A stretch of DNA of 64,000 bases from Monocercomonoides exilis PA203 (GCA_001643675.2 LSRY02000020.1:310001-374000), one strand, 5' to 3'. Shown: positions 27,451 through 42,480, counted from the first letter of the stretch. Notes: a model not told the origin generated them from the letters alone. Numbers and translations: made by a program.

Positions 27451-28278
27451 TTGCAAGAGACAACCCTTTAATTTTCTCTTTTGTCAGAAGATAAATTACT
27501 TATTTCACTTAATTGAAAAAATAAAATAAGGATAAATATTATTCTGGTTCATCAAAGAACACTAACACGATTAGAAAGAAAAAAACATATTTTCAATGAG
27601 ACCCTTTGATGTCCATGATATGATTATATAAGATGAACAGTTCTAAGTCGTATAAGCCTGACCAGAAAACCCAATTCCCATCTCATGCTTGGTATTTCAA
27701 CAAATAGAAGAGAATTTTTTGAGTGTTGAGTGTGAAAATTCTTATCTTATCAAAAAAATGCCAGTTGAAAAAGAAGAAAAAGATTTTTAATTTCTGTAAT
27801 GTTTCACATTCTTGGAAAAGAAATGATATCTTCTATATTCAAAAATTTCATTCACTCTCTCCATTTCTTTGGAAAAATCTGGGAAATTTTAAACTTGAAA
27901 TCCTTTATTTCCAATAAAGCAGAAAATCTTTGTTTTTCTCTTCACTTAAAAATTCATTCCTTGTTTTCTGAATTTATTATATTATCAAATTTTTTTGTAT
28001 CCATCTTGATCTTTGAAACATTTTGATTTGTGACCTTTCACGTATTTCAAAAAAATGAAAAAAATTTTTTCGAAATTTTAGATAATAAAAGGATCATAAT
28101 TGGTAATAAAAAAAGTCTTTACAAATATAATTCCTGATGTGCAATATTTTTCACTAATATATTTGGATTTAATATATTAACATTATTTCTGCTTTTGTTT
28201 TTATTTTGATAGCCCTCTGATATAAACAATAAACACTTTTTCATTTTTTCAATTGACGTGTATCTTTTCCTTTATCTA

Positions 28279-29470
28279 CACCAAAAATAATTCAAATTCG
28301 AAAAAGAATAATTCGATTTCGGAATTAATATTTCAATTTCGAAAAAAAATAATTCGATTTCGGAATTAATATTTCAATTTCGAAAAAAAGAAATTCAAAT
28401 TCGAAAAAGAATAATTCAATTTCGTAATTAATAATTCGAAATCGAAAATTAATAATTCGAATTCGAAATTAACATTTCAATTTCGAAAAAAAATAATTCG
28501 ATTTCGGAATTAATATTTCAATTTCGAAAAAAAATAATTCAAATTCGGAATTAATAATTCGAAATCGAAAATTAATAATTCAATTTCGTAATTTATTAAT
28601 TCGATTTCGAAAAAGAATAATTCAATTTCAAAAATGATTATTTCAATTTCGAAATTCATTATAAATTGAAAATTTTAATTTTTCTCGAGAATGGATTTCA
28701 GCAAAGTTCAAGTTATTTTTTAACCTATCAAATTTTATTACTCATAGAAAACTGTTTTTTTATTGCAACAATCAATAAATCAATTTTTGAATTTTTTTCA
28801 TTTTCGAAAATCATCACTCAAATAATATTAATTTTTATAAAAATTCATTCTATTGAATAACCAAATAAAAATTCAAAAAAAATTTAATCACGATTATTGA
28901 ATTATTTCTTCACAATAATGTGATTGTTTCATTGGCAAAATTTTGGATAATATCGGTTTTAAACATGAAAATGTATTTATTCCCTTTAAAATTAACTTCA
29001 ATCAATAAATCTTCATTCAAAATGAAAGGAAATTTTTTAATGAAAATGCATCATTTTTCAAATATTGATAAACTAAATTTGCTGATGAGATAAAAACTAA
29101 TAGAATTTAAAACCCCAAATACAAGTTATTCATTCCACAAATCAAAAAAATTTACGTTTCGAAATTGAATTATTCTTTTTCGAAATCGAATTAATAAATT
29201 ACGAAATCGAATTATTAATTTTCGATTTTGAATTATTAATTCCGAAATCGAATTATTAATTTTCGATTTCGAATTATTAATTCCGAATTTGAATTAATTT
29301 TTTTCGAAATTGATATATTAATTCCGAAATCGAATTATTTTTTTTCGAAATTGAAATATTAATTTCGAATTCGAATTATTAATTTTCGATTTCGAATTAT
29401 TAATTACGAAATTGAATTATTCTTTTTCGAATTTGAATTTCTTTTTTTCGAATTGGAATTATTTTTGGTG
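28279..29470. mobile_element. Foldback-like non-autonomous element with CACC...GGTG ends, TA TSD and tandem ~20-bp subterminal arrays (CACTA/EnSpm-like)
   Basis: TA|CACCAAAAATAATT...AATTATTTTTGGTG|TA. Arrays of aataattcg.tttcg..a units at ~28285-28660 and inverted at ~29160-29465. Confidence 0.85.
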
Positions 29471-29759
29471 TATTTTTCTGAATCAAATCAAAAGCATAAA
29501 TCAGAATTGGTCCATTTTTTTCCGGTTAATTTTTTTTTTAATTATTTTGGATCATTGAAAAATTAAATTGTGAAATATCACACTTTTTCATTGATTTAAT
29601 AGATCCGAAAAAATAAAAACTGTTTTGTACAATTTTTTTCAATTGATTATATTCCCACTTTTGAAAATTCTCATTTTTCAAATTTTCAGATTGTTCATTT
29701 ATTTTAATAAAAATGGTTCGTTAAATAGGAAAGCACAGATTTGAAACATTTTCTGAATT

Positions 29760-31370
29760 TTTTATTACTTTAGGAGTAAAAGATGATTATGCATTTCGCG
29801 ATTTAAAGGAGTTAGGATCAATAAGTGAAGAAATTATATGCCAACAGTACAAATGAAAAATTATAAAAAAAAGGAGGAAAGCGAAGAATAATTATTCACA
29901 TAGATGTCTGAAAAAACAAAAAAAGTGAAATTGGAATAAAAATTCAACCTTAGAAAAAATAAGCTCAGTTCTTTTAATATTATGTGTCTTATCTACCATT
30001 TTTGGTATAGGCACTCTGTGGAAGAAACAGTTAAAGAAACAAACACTTCAATATTTTCTGTGTTGAAATTCAACGAACTGACGAGAAGAATTTGAATATT
30101 TATTGAAATGAATCGAAATGAAAAATTTGGTATTGATAGAAACTTGGAACTTGACGAAACATGAATAACATAAAGCAAGAACGGAATTGGAAGAATTAGA
30201 GAGCAACAAAGGATCTTGGGAATCGTTGAAAGAAAAGAAAAAGAAAAGGAACAAAAAATGAAAGTTGAATTTATTCCGGATGGAACAGAAGAAACCATAG
30301 TTTAATGTGTGAAAAAGCATGTGAATAAAACATCGAAATTAAAATCTGATAAATGGTCAGCATATAGCGGAATAGAAAAAGATGGATATAAACTCATAAG
30401 TGTCAACAGCTCTTCGTGATTTAAAGATGAACACGATCACACAATACACACTCAAACAATTGAGTGTATGTTATCACATTTGAAAGAAAATTTACCAAAA
30501 ATGGGAAGATCATTTACAAAAAAAAAGGAATATATATATGAATTCATATATTGATTCAATATTCACAAAAGTCAACAAAAATTACAAGCGATTTATCAAC
30601 AGTGAATGTCAAAGAACTGAATATATTTTTGAAGACTTTCGAAGATTGTGAATAAGAGATTAAAACATTTCAAAAAGAAGAAAAGAAGAAGATGAATGAA
30701 TTATACGAGATGAAAAAAATGGAAGAAGAAAAATCAAATCAAGAATGTGTTTTATATGATAAGGATGATCTTGATAAATTACCAAAAAAAACAAAGAGAA
30801 ACAGAATCAATGAAAAAGAAACAGAAGAAACAATGAAACTGATGACAATCATGAACAAAGTTCCATTAATGAAAATGATGCGGAGGATACAGCAATTTCA
30901 GGCAATTCCTTTGGTGATGATTGTTCGTCCAACAATCTTAGCTATTTATCTTTCGCTTATGATGTTCACAACTCATCTGAAAAGAAAAGGAATGACCAGA
31001 ATGATAACCTGCATGAACCCAATGGACATCTAGATTTCCGAAATAATGAAAATGAACATGTTGAAGAAGATTCACATAAAAAGTTTGTAGGAAAGTCCAA
31101 TCATCAAAATGCAGAAGAAGCATCCAAAGATCAAATGATGAAAAGGAAAGAAATGAAAGAACAAGCACAAACAACAAAGTGGAACGTGTATTATTCTTTG
31201 AAAACGATACATATTCAAACTGAAGGATCTGAATCATATATAGAATGGACGCAATATTATGCACAACAACGTCAAAAAGCTGTAGAAAAGAAGTTTTTGA
31301 ATATTTGAAGCAAACAAAACAATCCTCTCAATTGAAGCTTCTCAAGAGCGGAATGAAGAATTAAAATAAT
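29760..31370 (+). pseudogene. ISXO2/Merlin-type transposase remnant with acidic C-terminal region
   Basis: LELDET..., RILGIVER, LKSDKWSAYSGIEKDGYKLISVN and HTQTIECMLSHLK motifs, with stops. Confidence 0.75.
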
Positions 31371-31589
31371 TAGTTCATCAAATAAGCCAATAACTCTTCC
31401 GTAACAGAACCCGCAAAAGTTGAAAAAATCATCAACAACCACAACTTGCAACTTTTATTTTCACTTCGCCATATTTATATATTTTTCAATTCCCTGAAGA
31501 TCAAATTAAATCAACATCCATTTCTATATTTGAATATATTAATAATAATGATGAAGGGGTTCTTTTTAATAAACATAAATCAATGAGAG

Positions 31590-34500
31590 ATTCATATTAA
31601 AAGTCGATTTACCTGAAGAAGTTGGTCATTGCTCATAGAAAAAGAACTATCCAAGTTTGCATCAATGCTGTTTGCTAAACGTGGAAGAATAAACATAAGA
31701 TGGCAGCATTTCGCTGGAAGAGAAAGAAGTGAAAAGAGGCTTTTCTGGATCTCTCTCCAAAATGTGAGCAACGAAACAGAGGAGTCTCAGAGACAGTGCA
31801 AACAAAGGAGGCAAATATGCAAATGCAGACAGCACATTCATCATTTTCAATCCAACACACGTCTCTTCAAAGCAAAACTGCGAGCTGCCTCCGTTTCCTG
31901 CTTCGCTGACAGCCAGCTTTGTGACAACGTCTGTGTGCTGCGACATTCCCAGTGTGGAGCTGCTGAGGACGCTATTTTCGAGCGATGTGAGGAAGTCGAA
32001 GGAGGCTGCCCAAAGTGACACGTTCTGTTGCAGAGTTAGCGTGCCTGCCAGGTTAAATGGACAGGAGCTTGTGAAAGTGATGTGGGAAGAAGAAAGAGGC
32101 GGATTGAAAAGCTTTTGGACAACTTGGACAAGTGAAGATGCCCCCTCAGAATACAACTCACTGAATGGATTAAGGGAAGTGTTGTTTAATTTATGAGTTT
32201 GAGTTGTGAATTTATTAGAAGGATAATCATCATTTTCATAATCGATTGTGGAATCATTCGAATTTTCTCTTTCACCTCATCTTCTTGAGTTAATTTTTAT
32301 TGCAGACAGAACAAGGGACACAGCATCCTTAAGAGGAGCAAGAGAACTTGAAGATGTAGATCTCTTCGAATTTCTAACTGCTTAAAGAGAAGAAAACGAA
32401 AGCGTTTGGTTGTTGTGCTTATCTGATTGCCCAGAAGTAGTTTCACTCGAAATCTGCTGACTTGGTGAAAAAGCGTGTTCAGATGATTTTGTTATGAGCA
32501 CTTTGTGAACAATACTCAATGCGCTATCATCACTACGGAAACCATGTGAATCCATTTTTCTTGAAGGGGACTGTGAAAGCAGGCTGAAATCGACAGAAGC
32601 TATTCGAGTGAGCAGATGAATACAGAGGACAACAATGCCATCTGCACGATAAACGAAGGAAGGAAGGATGAATAATGCAAGAGAAGCAGAAAGGGATAGA
32701 GAGGAGGAAGAAAAAGATGCATTCTTTTCTTTTGAGTGTGAGTTTGGAATTGATTGAGATGTGCTTGAAGCGGATTGTGAAGAATTATTGGAAGCATCAA
32801 TCTGTTTATCACTTGAAGATTCATTTGCCTCATGTGGTTCTTGCTCTTCATTGGCAGTTAATTGATTTTCTGATTTTTTCCACATTTTGTCTTCTTTTCC
32901 TTTGACTTCAGCTTCATTTTCTTTTTCTTCTTCTTCGCTTCCATCATCCAACTCATCATCTGTATCTTCATCGTCTTTATTCTTCTTTCCTCAGAGAAAC
33001 AAAAACATTCCTTCAACGGCTGATGAAAACTTAGCTGCTTTGTTTGCCACTGCCGATAACGCATCAGTTGCCAAATCAGCAATCCCCCCAATCATATTCT
33101 GCATTGCAAGAACAAGTTGCTTTCCTGTCGATCCTTTATCCGTCTCTTCTTCTTCCTCTTCCTCTTCAGCCTCATCGTCGCTGTCATCATCCAGCTGATT
33201 CAGTCTGTCTCGCTCTTCCATCACAGCCCTTTTCCTCATTCTGAGTTCTTGCTCAACCAACTACCAATGGAACATCTTCATGACAACAGGGTTTGCAGTA
33301 GGCGACTGAGCAGGTGTTGCGCGGAACAAATTGAGGAGAGAAAGTGAAAACGAGAGAAGAGTGATAAACAAATAGGCAGAACGCACTTGCATGTCGATTG
33401 TAGAGAATGCAGTGAGAAGATCAGAAATTATCTAATGGAGCGGATTGAACAGAACAGAATTAAAACAGGACAAAGAAAATAAGAAGTTCAGCGTGGGAGT
33501 TAACAGCTCTCCAGTCCGGTTGATATAAGAGAACGATGACGATTGTGATGTCAAAGTTAAATGCTGAACAGATAAACTGGGTTAAACAGACACGAGAAAT
33601 GTTTGAAGAGATCAATTCGCATTTGAAGCCTGCGAGGCACCAATTGACATAAACGAAGACACAGATGATGGCACGATGATGTCTTGAGATTGGATGCTAA
33701 TCAATGGACGTGCAATTTTCTTGTTTCACATCTGATTTTCTGTTAGCTCTGTCGGCTTTGCTGGCTTTTCTTTCAAAGTGCTTTGAATAGACATCGAATC
33801 CATTCATGCTCAAATAGATTTCATTTAATGTTTGCATTCCTCCAGATACAAATTGTCCCAGTGTGCAATTCGTCCTCTGAGAGTGAGGATCATCTGCAGC
33901 GAGGAGAACAACAAGAGTAAAGTGAGTGTTGGTGGAGTAAAAGCAGATGGCACAGTGTTTGAAGAGCAAACTCAATGCAGAACGAGTGGAGATCTTTGTG
34001 AGGAAGCGTAGAGAATAAGAGAGTATAGCAGCATCGCACAAAGGAAGAGCCGAACATTAGAAGAAGCAGAGAAGAAGCAGAGGATGAGGAAGGTGGCTCA
34101 AGTGAAGGCAGATCCGAGAGGAAAGAGAGGGAAAATGGAGAAGCCTTTTTGGCTGTCTCTGACACAGGTGGTGGCAAGCAATGAAAAAGCTGGAGTTGCT
34201 TACGAATTTAGCTGATAAGTATTCTCTTTATGTGAGTTTTCTTCGTTTTCCTCTTTCTTTTTCTCCTTCACCACGCACAGCAGTTGTTCTGCAAACACAA
34301 AGATATGAATGCAATCAATTGAATTGTCCATAAAAAGGAGTGTGAGAGTCGTATCAACTGCTCTTGTGTACTCAGCAGCAGTCAAAAGTGTCGTGAGGAT
34401 GCAAAGAGAGGCAGACACAAGCGGAATGAGCTGCGAAGACGGAGATGAATCAAAGAAAAACGAGGAGTCGAGTTCGTGTGTTTCATGTGATTGGGCTTGG

Positions 34501-36075
34501 AAGGACGAAATCATTGCGCACGAAGTAGTTCTGGATGGAGCCTCGTTTTGAAAAGCTGCAAAATGAAGGCAAACAATTGGAAGGACAGCACGAACAAGGC
34601 GATCGTTGAGAAAGACAGAGCTGAAAAGAAAGCTTCTTTGAGCAGTGCGTGAACGAATGAAAAGATTGGTTTGAACTTGGGAAGATAAATCAGTGATGAA
34701 AGGAGGAGGAGAAGGAGGAGAAGGAGGAGGAGGTGAAATGACTGCATAACCATTAATAAGGGGAAATGTTGATTGTGCAGTTAGAATCGATGAAGAAGAA
34801 AATGATTATGATGAAAAGTGTGGAAAAGGGGGCTGTTGAACAGGTCCAGATGAGTTTGATGTTGATGAATAGGAGCGCTGGCTTGATGACACTTTGGAAA
34901 GTGAAGCAGACGGAGACTGTCACGCGTCTTCAACTTTGGATCCATTCGATTGTTCCCTGATTGCATTGTAGTTGTTAGTATGCGATGAAAGAAACTCTGA
35001 ATTTTGTGGTGTCAAGCCATTTGATTTATCTCTCTGATATTTCATCAGAGCATTCAGCAGCTCGCAAATTATGGAACATGCATCTGTGATGATTGGAGTG
35101 GTGAGAGCATAAAGAATGCAGTCCTTTTCAGTATGACTAGTTTCAGTATTCGCACTCGACGAGGCTCCGCTGAAGGTTTTGTTGATCATCTTCTTGCTTT
35201 GCCTGTCCGTTTGTGTAGCCTTGAGTAAATACAGAAGTCTTTACTCCAAATTGGAGTCGAGGAAGTTTGAAGCAATTGTGGGGACGGAGAAAAGCGATGA
35301 GGCAATTGCGAGCATCACCGATGCGATTGGAAGGAGGAGAATTCAATAGCAATGGGTAAGGTCATACGGAGAATGCAAAGGAAAGAGCTCGATGAGCTGC
35401 AAGACAGAAACATGGCTGATGGAGCAGCAGTTTTCGAGCATCTCAGACAAGTGGTGAAGAATAAGTGATGTTGGGTAGAACATAGCAGGCTGAATTGTCT
35501 TGTTGTTTGCACGAGAAGAACAAGAAGCTGAAGATGAATGCATAATTGAAGATTAAAGCGAAGCAAACGGAATAAATTCTTCATCTGACATATAAAATCC
35601 TTCTGTTTGGTTCATAAGCACAACTATATGCAAGAACGAAGGTCACTTAATCAAGTGAGAGATGAACAACATTGCAACCAGATTTTCCTCGCTGGTGTGG
35701 ACAGCAATAGATAAGTGGTAGTTCGGATCTCCTGTGGAGTTGAGCGTGCTGCTCTGTCGCAGCGCATCCGAGGCATTTTTTTTTGAAGAAGCGCAGAAAG
35801 CTCACCAGATCGCTCTTTCTGCATCTGAATACTCTGTTTATTGGGTTCGGATGATTGCAGCAAGCTTGAAGAATTTGAGGAATCAGAAGAACTTGTTAAA
35901 TCATATGCAGAAGAAGATCAGTTGATTGAAGTGTCAGTTGGAATGGGATACTCTTTTGGTGTTGTCACTTTTGCTTTATTTGCTTTGCTGGTAACTGACG
36001 CTGATTGTCGAAGATTGTTTGCTTCGAAAGAAAGAACAATCGGGGCTTCTTCTTCATATTTTGCAGCATATTGAT
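31590..36075 (-). pseudogene. Large decayed host-gene block (Ser-rich, probably helical-repeat protein); possible cargo of element A
   Basis: A long minus-strand coding-like frame is repeatedly broken by single TGA/TAA codons and frameshifts (ORFs 31662-32156, 32382-32951, 34920-35189, 35343-35543 and others). Confidence 0.6.
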
Positions 36076-36500
36076 CAAGAAATTAATACAAAATTTAAAT
36101 TTATTATGTTTGTTTTTAACAGTGTTCATTTTTTTCCAAAATCAATAAAAATTCATTAAATACAAAAAAACAGAAAGAAAATTGACAAACTGATGAAGAT
36201 AAATCGAGAGTTGTTCTGTTTTTCAAAAAGCAAAACAAACTGAAAAATATCGGAAAATTAAATATGTTTTATGGTTTAGATTAAAATATAGAAGAAAATA
36301 ATTATATTATAATGGGATATGTGATCAATACTAAAAAAACAAAAAAATAAAGTGAAACAATTTTTATTATTCCGATCGATTTAGGCAATAAAAAATTATG
36401 ATATTTCACAATTTTGAATTCAAGATTTCCAAAACAAAGCAGAAAAAAATGTACAATTCAGACCTATGCCCATTCCTTTATCGTTTGGACAGACTTCCAC

Positions 36501-39393
36501 TGTCTTCTCAAAATATACTCCTCCTCTGTACCGAGACTCTTGTCTGACGTGTTGAATGAACACGCTTCCCCGCCTTCTGCACCTATGCCTCCATTTACTT
36601 ACCGAGCCATATCAGCTGTTTATCCGCATCAGGCGCCCCATCAAACACACACTCAAACGCATGCACTGACAGTGTCGCTGAACAATTGCTCAGAATCTCC
36701 TTCGCTTTTCCTACTTCTGCTCCTTCTCTGCTCTGCCGTGAAGCTTCAATTCCCTTCTCCGTTGTGAACTTCACCTTCACTGAATCATCCATGTGCAATA
36801 CCTAACGACGCTGTAACTCCACAGCACAGTAGTCGCTGCTTCATCAAAGTGTGCGCATTAGCAAGGCGGATCAACTCATCCTGGCTGATAATGATACCAC
36901 ACACAAACTCGTTCTCCTCTGCTTTGTGCTCGAACCATTCAACAAGAACGAAAAACATAACCGCCAAATCTTCCACAATCGCGTGTTTCATCCCTGCTTC
37001 ACTCTTAGTCGCATGCTACATGAGGATCTCGCACGGCTCTAAAGTTAGATTCATCTTCGACTTTGTTTCTCAACAGGATCTCCACCATTTCACCTGCATC
37101 TTAGCACAACTTCTGTGCAGCGGTATGTTCAGCTCACCCAGCACGTCCAAAGTCTGCTCATCTGCAATGCGCACACGCATCATTCGCTGATTGCCTTTTT
37201 GGTTCAATGCACTACTCATCGGCCCTCAACCAGATAGAACAACCAATGCACTCCGCTCTTCTATCTGCACTCAATTTTCCCTCCCTCTTCCTCCCTCTTC
37301 CTCCCTCTTCCTCCCTCTTCCTCCCTCTTCCTCCCTCTTCCTCCTCTTCTTCTTATCACTCCGCATAAATCGAACGACTTTTTCCCACTTATCACTTCAT
37401 CGGATTTATCTTTTTCCTCAATTATTGTCAAATGATCAACTTATATTTCCACCTGTTCCTCAAACTTCCTCCTCTTCCATCTGAAGTTATTCCCAAAGAT
37501 CCATCTGCTGCTTCTTCAACTGCTCTCCTGTTCTCCTGTTGGATGCCATCGGATGGAAAAAAACTGCACTCTTCTGGTTCCACAGAATGCTGCTTGTCTG
37601 CGCCCACCTCAGTCTCTGCCTTCACAAACCTTAGCCCACTCAGCCCAAGCACATCCACAACCATCGGAGTCATCGCTTCTTCCAGCATCACCTGAATCTC
37701 TTCGATTCTCTCCACATGCTCTCTGTGCGCTGTCGGATACCCGCCTTTCTCCTCATTCCCATCACCTCCATCTCTCCCTCCATCTTCTTCTCCCTTTTCT
37801 TTTCCCTTTTCTTCTCCCTCTTTGCATCCCCTTTCTCCTTCCTCTGCCTCTTCTCGCTCCTCCAGCACCGCCAGCGCAATCGCTGCTGGTGGCAGAACTA
37901 CATCCTCCATCCACAGCATCGCCGCCTCAATTTCCTTCTCCGCTCCCTCCTCTGTCCTTCACACACTGCTATCCCTCGACACATCACTTCATCATCCAGC
38001 TTCACTTCCAAAGATTACAACTGAGACGATAACGATATCAACATTGAAGGGTCAAACAGATCGTAGATCGACTGGAACGCATTCGCATCAGCTGAAGAAA
38101 AGAACAGCTTGCTCCACGACTTCGTGCCCACAGATGCTGCAAGCGATGGAAGCGGGTCCATTAGCCGAACCGAAAGCATCACCAAAAGCTTCACATCGTA
38201 CACACACACAACACTTTCACACAGCACCGCCAGCCGCTCCTCGTCATAACCTCGCGGAGCTTGTCAAACCCTAAGCAACAATTTCTTTTGAGTTGAATAC
38301 ACTTCAGCCGCTTTTTAAACAACAATCCGCAGCCACCTCTGGATGTCGTCCATCGATGCTTCCAACGTGTATAATGCCTCCACTACAAATTCATATGAAG
38401 AATCAATTGCAAGCGCTGATGATGAATATGAAGATGAAGAGCAAACTAGCTGCTTGTCCCATACAGATTTCTCCTCTTCTTTTCTACGCCTCAGGAATGG
38501 AGAAGTTGATCGGCGTAATGCTCAATTAGAAGAAGACGAAGAAGATGAAAACTCTGAGAGAATAGACGACTGATGCGCTTCCACTGCCACAAGAAATTTA
38601 ATGAGATATCTCTAAACACATCAGCCAGAAGAAACATAGGCTATTAAAACACAACATCCACATTCTTATCAGAATGGCAGCCCTGCAAAGAAAAACTGCT
38701 TTTTAACGTGTAATATGAAAAATATGAAGCGGGATATCTATCAACGACGAATGGAGATGTAATGAAAAGGAGAAGAAAACAACTCGAGCTTAGATGAAAA
38801 CAAGTTGTTTGATGCAAACTTTATGAATCTTTATTTGAGAAGAGATTGTATTTTTGAGTTTGTAATAAATAAAAATTTAATTACAAAAATAATTTATTAT
38901 TCTGCATTTCAAAATGATAATATTTATTTTTGATCAATGTTTACAACTTTTCGTATATCTTTTGATTGTTACGAGTGTTGTTTTGATGTATTTTTCATGT
39001 TTGAAAATTTCTAATAAAAAATTCAATAATTCAAGCAAATCAAATATTATTTGTATTTCAGCAAAGGAAAATAATGAAAAACTTACTAAATATTTAAAAA
39101 TTCAAATGAATATTCTAACAGATAAAATGAAAATGAGGAAATAAAAACATTTAATTCATCTGATTCAAATAGCTGGAATGCAGTCGCTCGCGTAAGTATC
39201 TGACAAAATAAAGTCAAAAATGCATATGATATCAACAAATATGTATCCAATTTTTCAATAAAAAGCGAAATAAATAACAATAAATCACATTTTTCATACA
39301 AAAATGGGAACGGAATGATCAACATTTTTTGATCATATATGATCTTTTGTGGGACAAAATTAAAGTCGAGGAACTTTTCAAATATATTTTGCC
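36501..39393 (-). mobile_element. Pack-type element A: inverted near-identical copy of the left 2.9 kb of element C, ending in the TIR at 39393
   Basis: Mirror ORFs of 56696-59578 (coordinate sums 96079/96089, a difference of one 10-bp ctccctcttc unit). Terminus GGCAAAATATATTTGAAAAGTTCC flanked by ATAT. Confidence 0.85.
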
Positions 39394-39567
39394 ATATTTT
39401 CATTCGAACTCTCAAAAATTCATCAGAGTGGGAATTATAATATTAGAGAACATTTGTTTCCACACTGGTAAATTTTTGAGAGTTGGAATGAAAATTTGAA
39501 GAAAATATTCAGTTTTCATTTTGACCTGAAAATTAAACAAAAGGAACTTTTCAAAAATATTTAGCCA
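39394..39567. mobile_element. Right-hand remnant of a family-1-like MITE abutting element A
   Basis: Internal hairpin at 39397-39498 and a terminal aaggaacttttcaaaaatatttagcc|atat. Confidence 0.55.
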
Positions 39568-39699
39568 TATAGATAATTAACTTTCTTTTTTTCCAGCAAA
39601 TATTTGTTATTAGAAATTTGAAGCTTCAATATCATCACCCAACATTTCTTTTTCAAAATGTGCTTGTTTTTTTGACTTTTCCAATTTGTTTATTTTTCA

Positions 39700-40400
39700 C
39701 TTTTTTTTTCAGTTCACACATTTTTCAAAAAACCATGATTTCCAAAATAAATGAACTTTTGTTTTTAAATTCTTTGAAATGAAATAAAATCAAATTTATA
39801 ACAAAATGATATATCAAAGAAAAAACAAGCTAACATTTGCGCATGGTGAACTATTTTCAGATCAAAATTTTCATATGTTCTTCCATTTCGCTTCAAATTC
39901 TAATTCAATTCTTTTTTATTTCAGAATTAAATTATGAAATGCAATAAATGATACCTTGTTTTAATTTTTTAACATGCTTGAAAATTGATACAAATTCATA
40001 TTTATTCTGAAAACCGTATTTTATGCAAAAACAGTGAAATGAGAAAAAATGATCAAAAATTATATAGAAAAAGTTTTAAACAAAAAAAAAAAAATAAATT
40101 AAATTAATATGAAAGTGAAATGATGATGCAGTGGTTGAAAACGTTCGGTATGTAATATTCGCTTCATAACCAGCAAGTCTTTGATCTGGGTCCAAAAATT
40201 TCAAAAAAGAGATGATTTGTTTTTTGAGCATGAAAATTTTGACACATTCAAATACCAGAATGCAGCGAAAAATGTCAACACAAAAGTCTATTTATACATT
40301 TTTTGATTTATTTGTATTTGTTTGCCTTTTGAAAACAAAAATGAGATTCAAAGAATAAAGATTGAAATTTAACTTAGATGTCAAGAATAATAATGCACAC
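39700..40400 (+). repeat. Dispersed repeat homologous to 16640-17580 (empty-site copy)
   Basis: Colinear similarity; lacks the 240-bp MITE. Confidence 0.75.
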
Positions 40401-41037
40401 TTGAAATGACAACGTCTTCAATAATAACCAACTGAAAATATTTCAAGAATTATGTAATTCAGGAAAAAGAAAATTATCGGTTATCTAATTGATTTGATTT
40501 GCGAATTGTCTTAAAGTCTAAATACATAATTAATTTTTTCGAAAAAAATGTGACTTCTTTATGTTTTAAGATTTATTAATATAGGTTTAACAATATTCAT
40601 TAATTTCTATATCATTCGTATCTCTTATTCAACATATCCATTATTGAACTTTTCACAGTTTGGGAAAAAAATTTAGAAATTATACACCACACCCATCTCA
40701 AAGTTATTTTTTTTCCAAAATTCATCATAAATATCTAAATTTTCATTCAAATTATTTTTATCATTACACATTTTTCCAAGTTCATCATGTTCACTTGCAA
40801 AATTGAGAAAAAATTAAATATCATAAGGTTGAAACCTCTGAAATGAGCAAAAAATTACTGAACTTTCTCAATTATGAAAACTTGTTCTGCATTTTTGAAC
40901 AAAAAGTTACTAAAAAGAGAGCAAATTTCAATCAGTTAAGTCATCAAGGATTTGTTTTTATAAAAAGCTCAAATTGAGTTTTTCGAATATAAGGGTGAAC
41001 AAAAAACTCTTTCTGGACATTCAGTTGATAATTAATA

Positions 41038-41288
41038 AGAAATTCTTTTTGAAAAGTCGCAAATGTTTAATTATCGGGTTAAATATTATTGAACGATATT
41101 TGATAATTTTTGAAAATAAACTTATCAAACTATTATTCTTTGCAAATTTGAATGAAAATACCTTTTTGATTCAAGAATTTGTATATTGTTGAGATTTTTG
41201 ATGGATTTATCACTGAAAATTATCAAATATGGTTTCATCTTATTAAACCCAGTTATTAAACATTCGCTGCATATAAAAAGGAAAACCC
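41038..41288. mobile_element. ~250-bp MITE-like foldback
   Basis: About 70-bp imperfect inverted arms (aatgtttaat.a.cgggtt.aata...atatttgataatttt). Confidence 0.6.
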
Positions 41289-42103
41289 AAAAGAAATAAT
41301 TTTCTTTGCAAATAATATCTTTTGAGTTTTATGCTTATGACTTTTTGGACTATTCGAAGCGAGAAATTGAAAAAAGTAAATAAATATAACGCGGATCATA
41401 GTTGACGACAATTAAAGTCAGCAACGAAGGTGGAAAAATGATTAAAAATGAAAAATACCTCATTTATTTCCATTGCAAAAGAGAACGATTTTGAACAACA
41501 AATATTGATAGATGTGCACAATGGAAAAAATTCAACAAAAAATACACAGAAACAACAACAACAACAACAAATGTTTTTCATAATCAAAAGATTGCAGCAT
41601 GATTGCAACTGCATCTGAAATATTAGAAACTTTTGGAAAATAAAAAAAAACTAATATATTCTATCCAGTAACTATTGTAATGTAACAGAGAATTTTCAGA
41701 ATGAGTTTAATGAACGAAAAGATATTTTCAGAAAGTTTAATGTTATAACCTTTAAATTGTTCAATCAGAATTAAAACAAAATAATTTTTTGTATGTTCAG
41801 TATTATCGAATAATTTGTATTTCTTATTTATTCAAAAATTTGATTTTTACAAAAAAACATATTTCAAAAAAAAAATAAATAAAAATATAAAAAAAAAAAA
41901 TAAAAATAAAAACTGACAGAAGCAGAATATCCGCGCACATGACGAAAACATCCAATTCTCTATGCAATGAAAGCTATTGCTATTTTTGATCATTTTATCG
42001 AACTTTTATCTCGGGAAAATAGCTTGTTGAATTTTAATGAATAATTTTTTTAAAATTTTGAATAAAAAATGGGTGAAAGTATTTTCAAATTATTTTTTAT
42101 TTT

Positions 42104-42480
42104 TTATAAAGTATATGAAATTGTCAAAAAGAATGTGTCATCATACCATTCTGATGCGTCTGCTCCATCATCTGCACCGAAATCAGTGTCTTTATCATGA
42201 AGATTATCTATATCAGGGATTTCTTCCTTTTCGTTGGTTTTTTCTGGCTCATTTTCATCTTCCTCATCAACTATTTCGTTATTTTCAATGTTCAAATGAA
42301 CTGCAGACAATTCGAGTAGATAAAAAGTCAATAATCCCATCGAGTGAATAATGAAAATTTATATTTTCGTATTCATCTTTTAGAAATATCACAAATGCTT
42401 AATATCTGAGTTTAAAAAAATAAAAATTTTTTTGATCGATTTCTGCTTCAAATTGTACAAACCCCTCCACTATGTCATGC
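42104..42480 (-). pseudogene. Possible 3' fragment of an ISXO2-like transposase with acidic tail
   Basis: IVEG..NLKQK-like segment followed by a D/E-rich tail resembling 17640-17810. Confidence 0.35.

Noticed and set aside
28279-29470. CRISPR array
   Set aside because: Units are contiguous and degenerate with no unique spacers, are arranged as inverted arms, and there are no cas genes.
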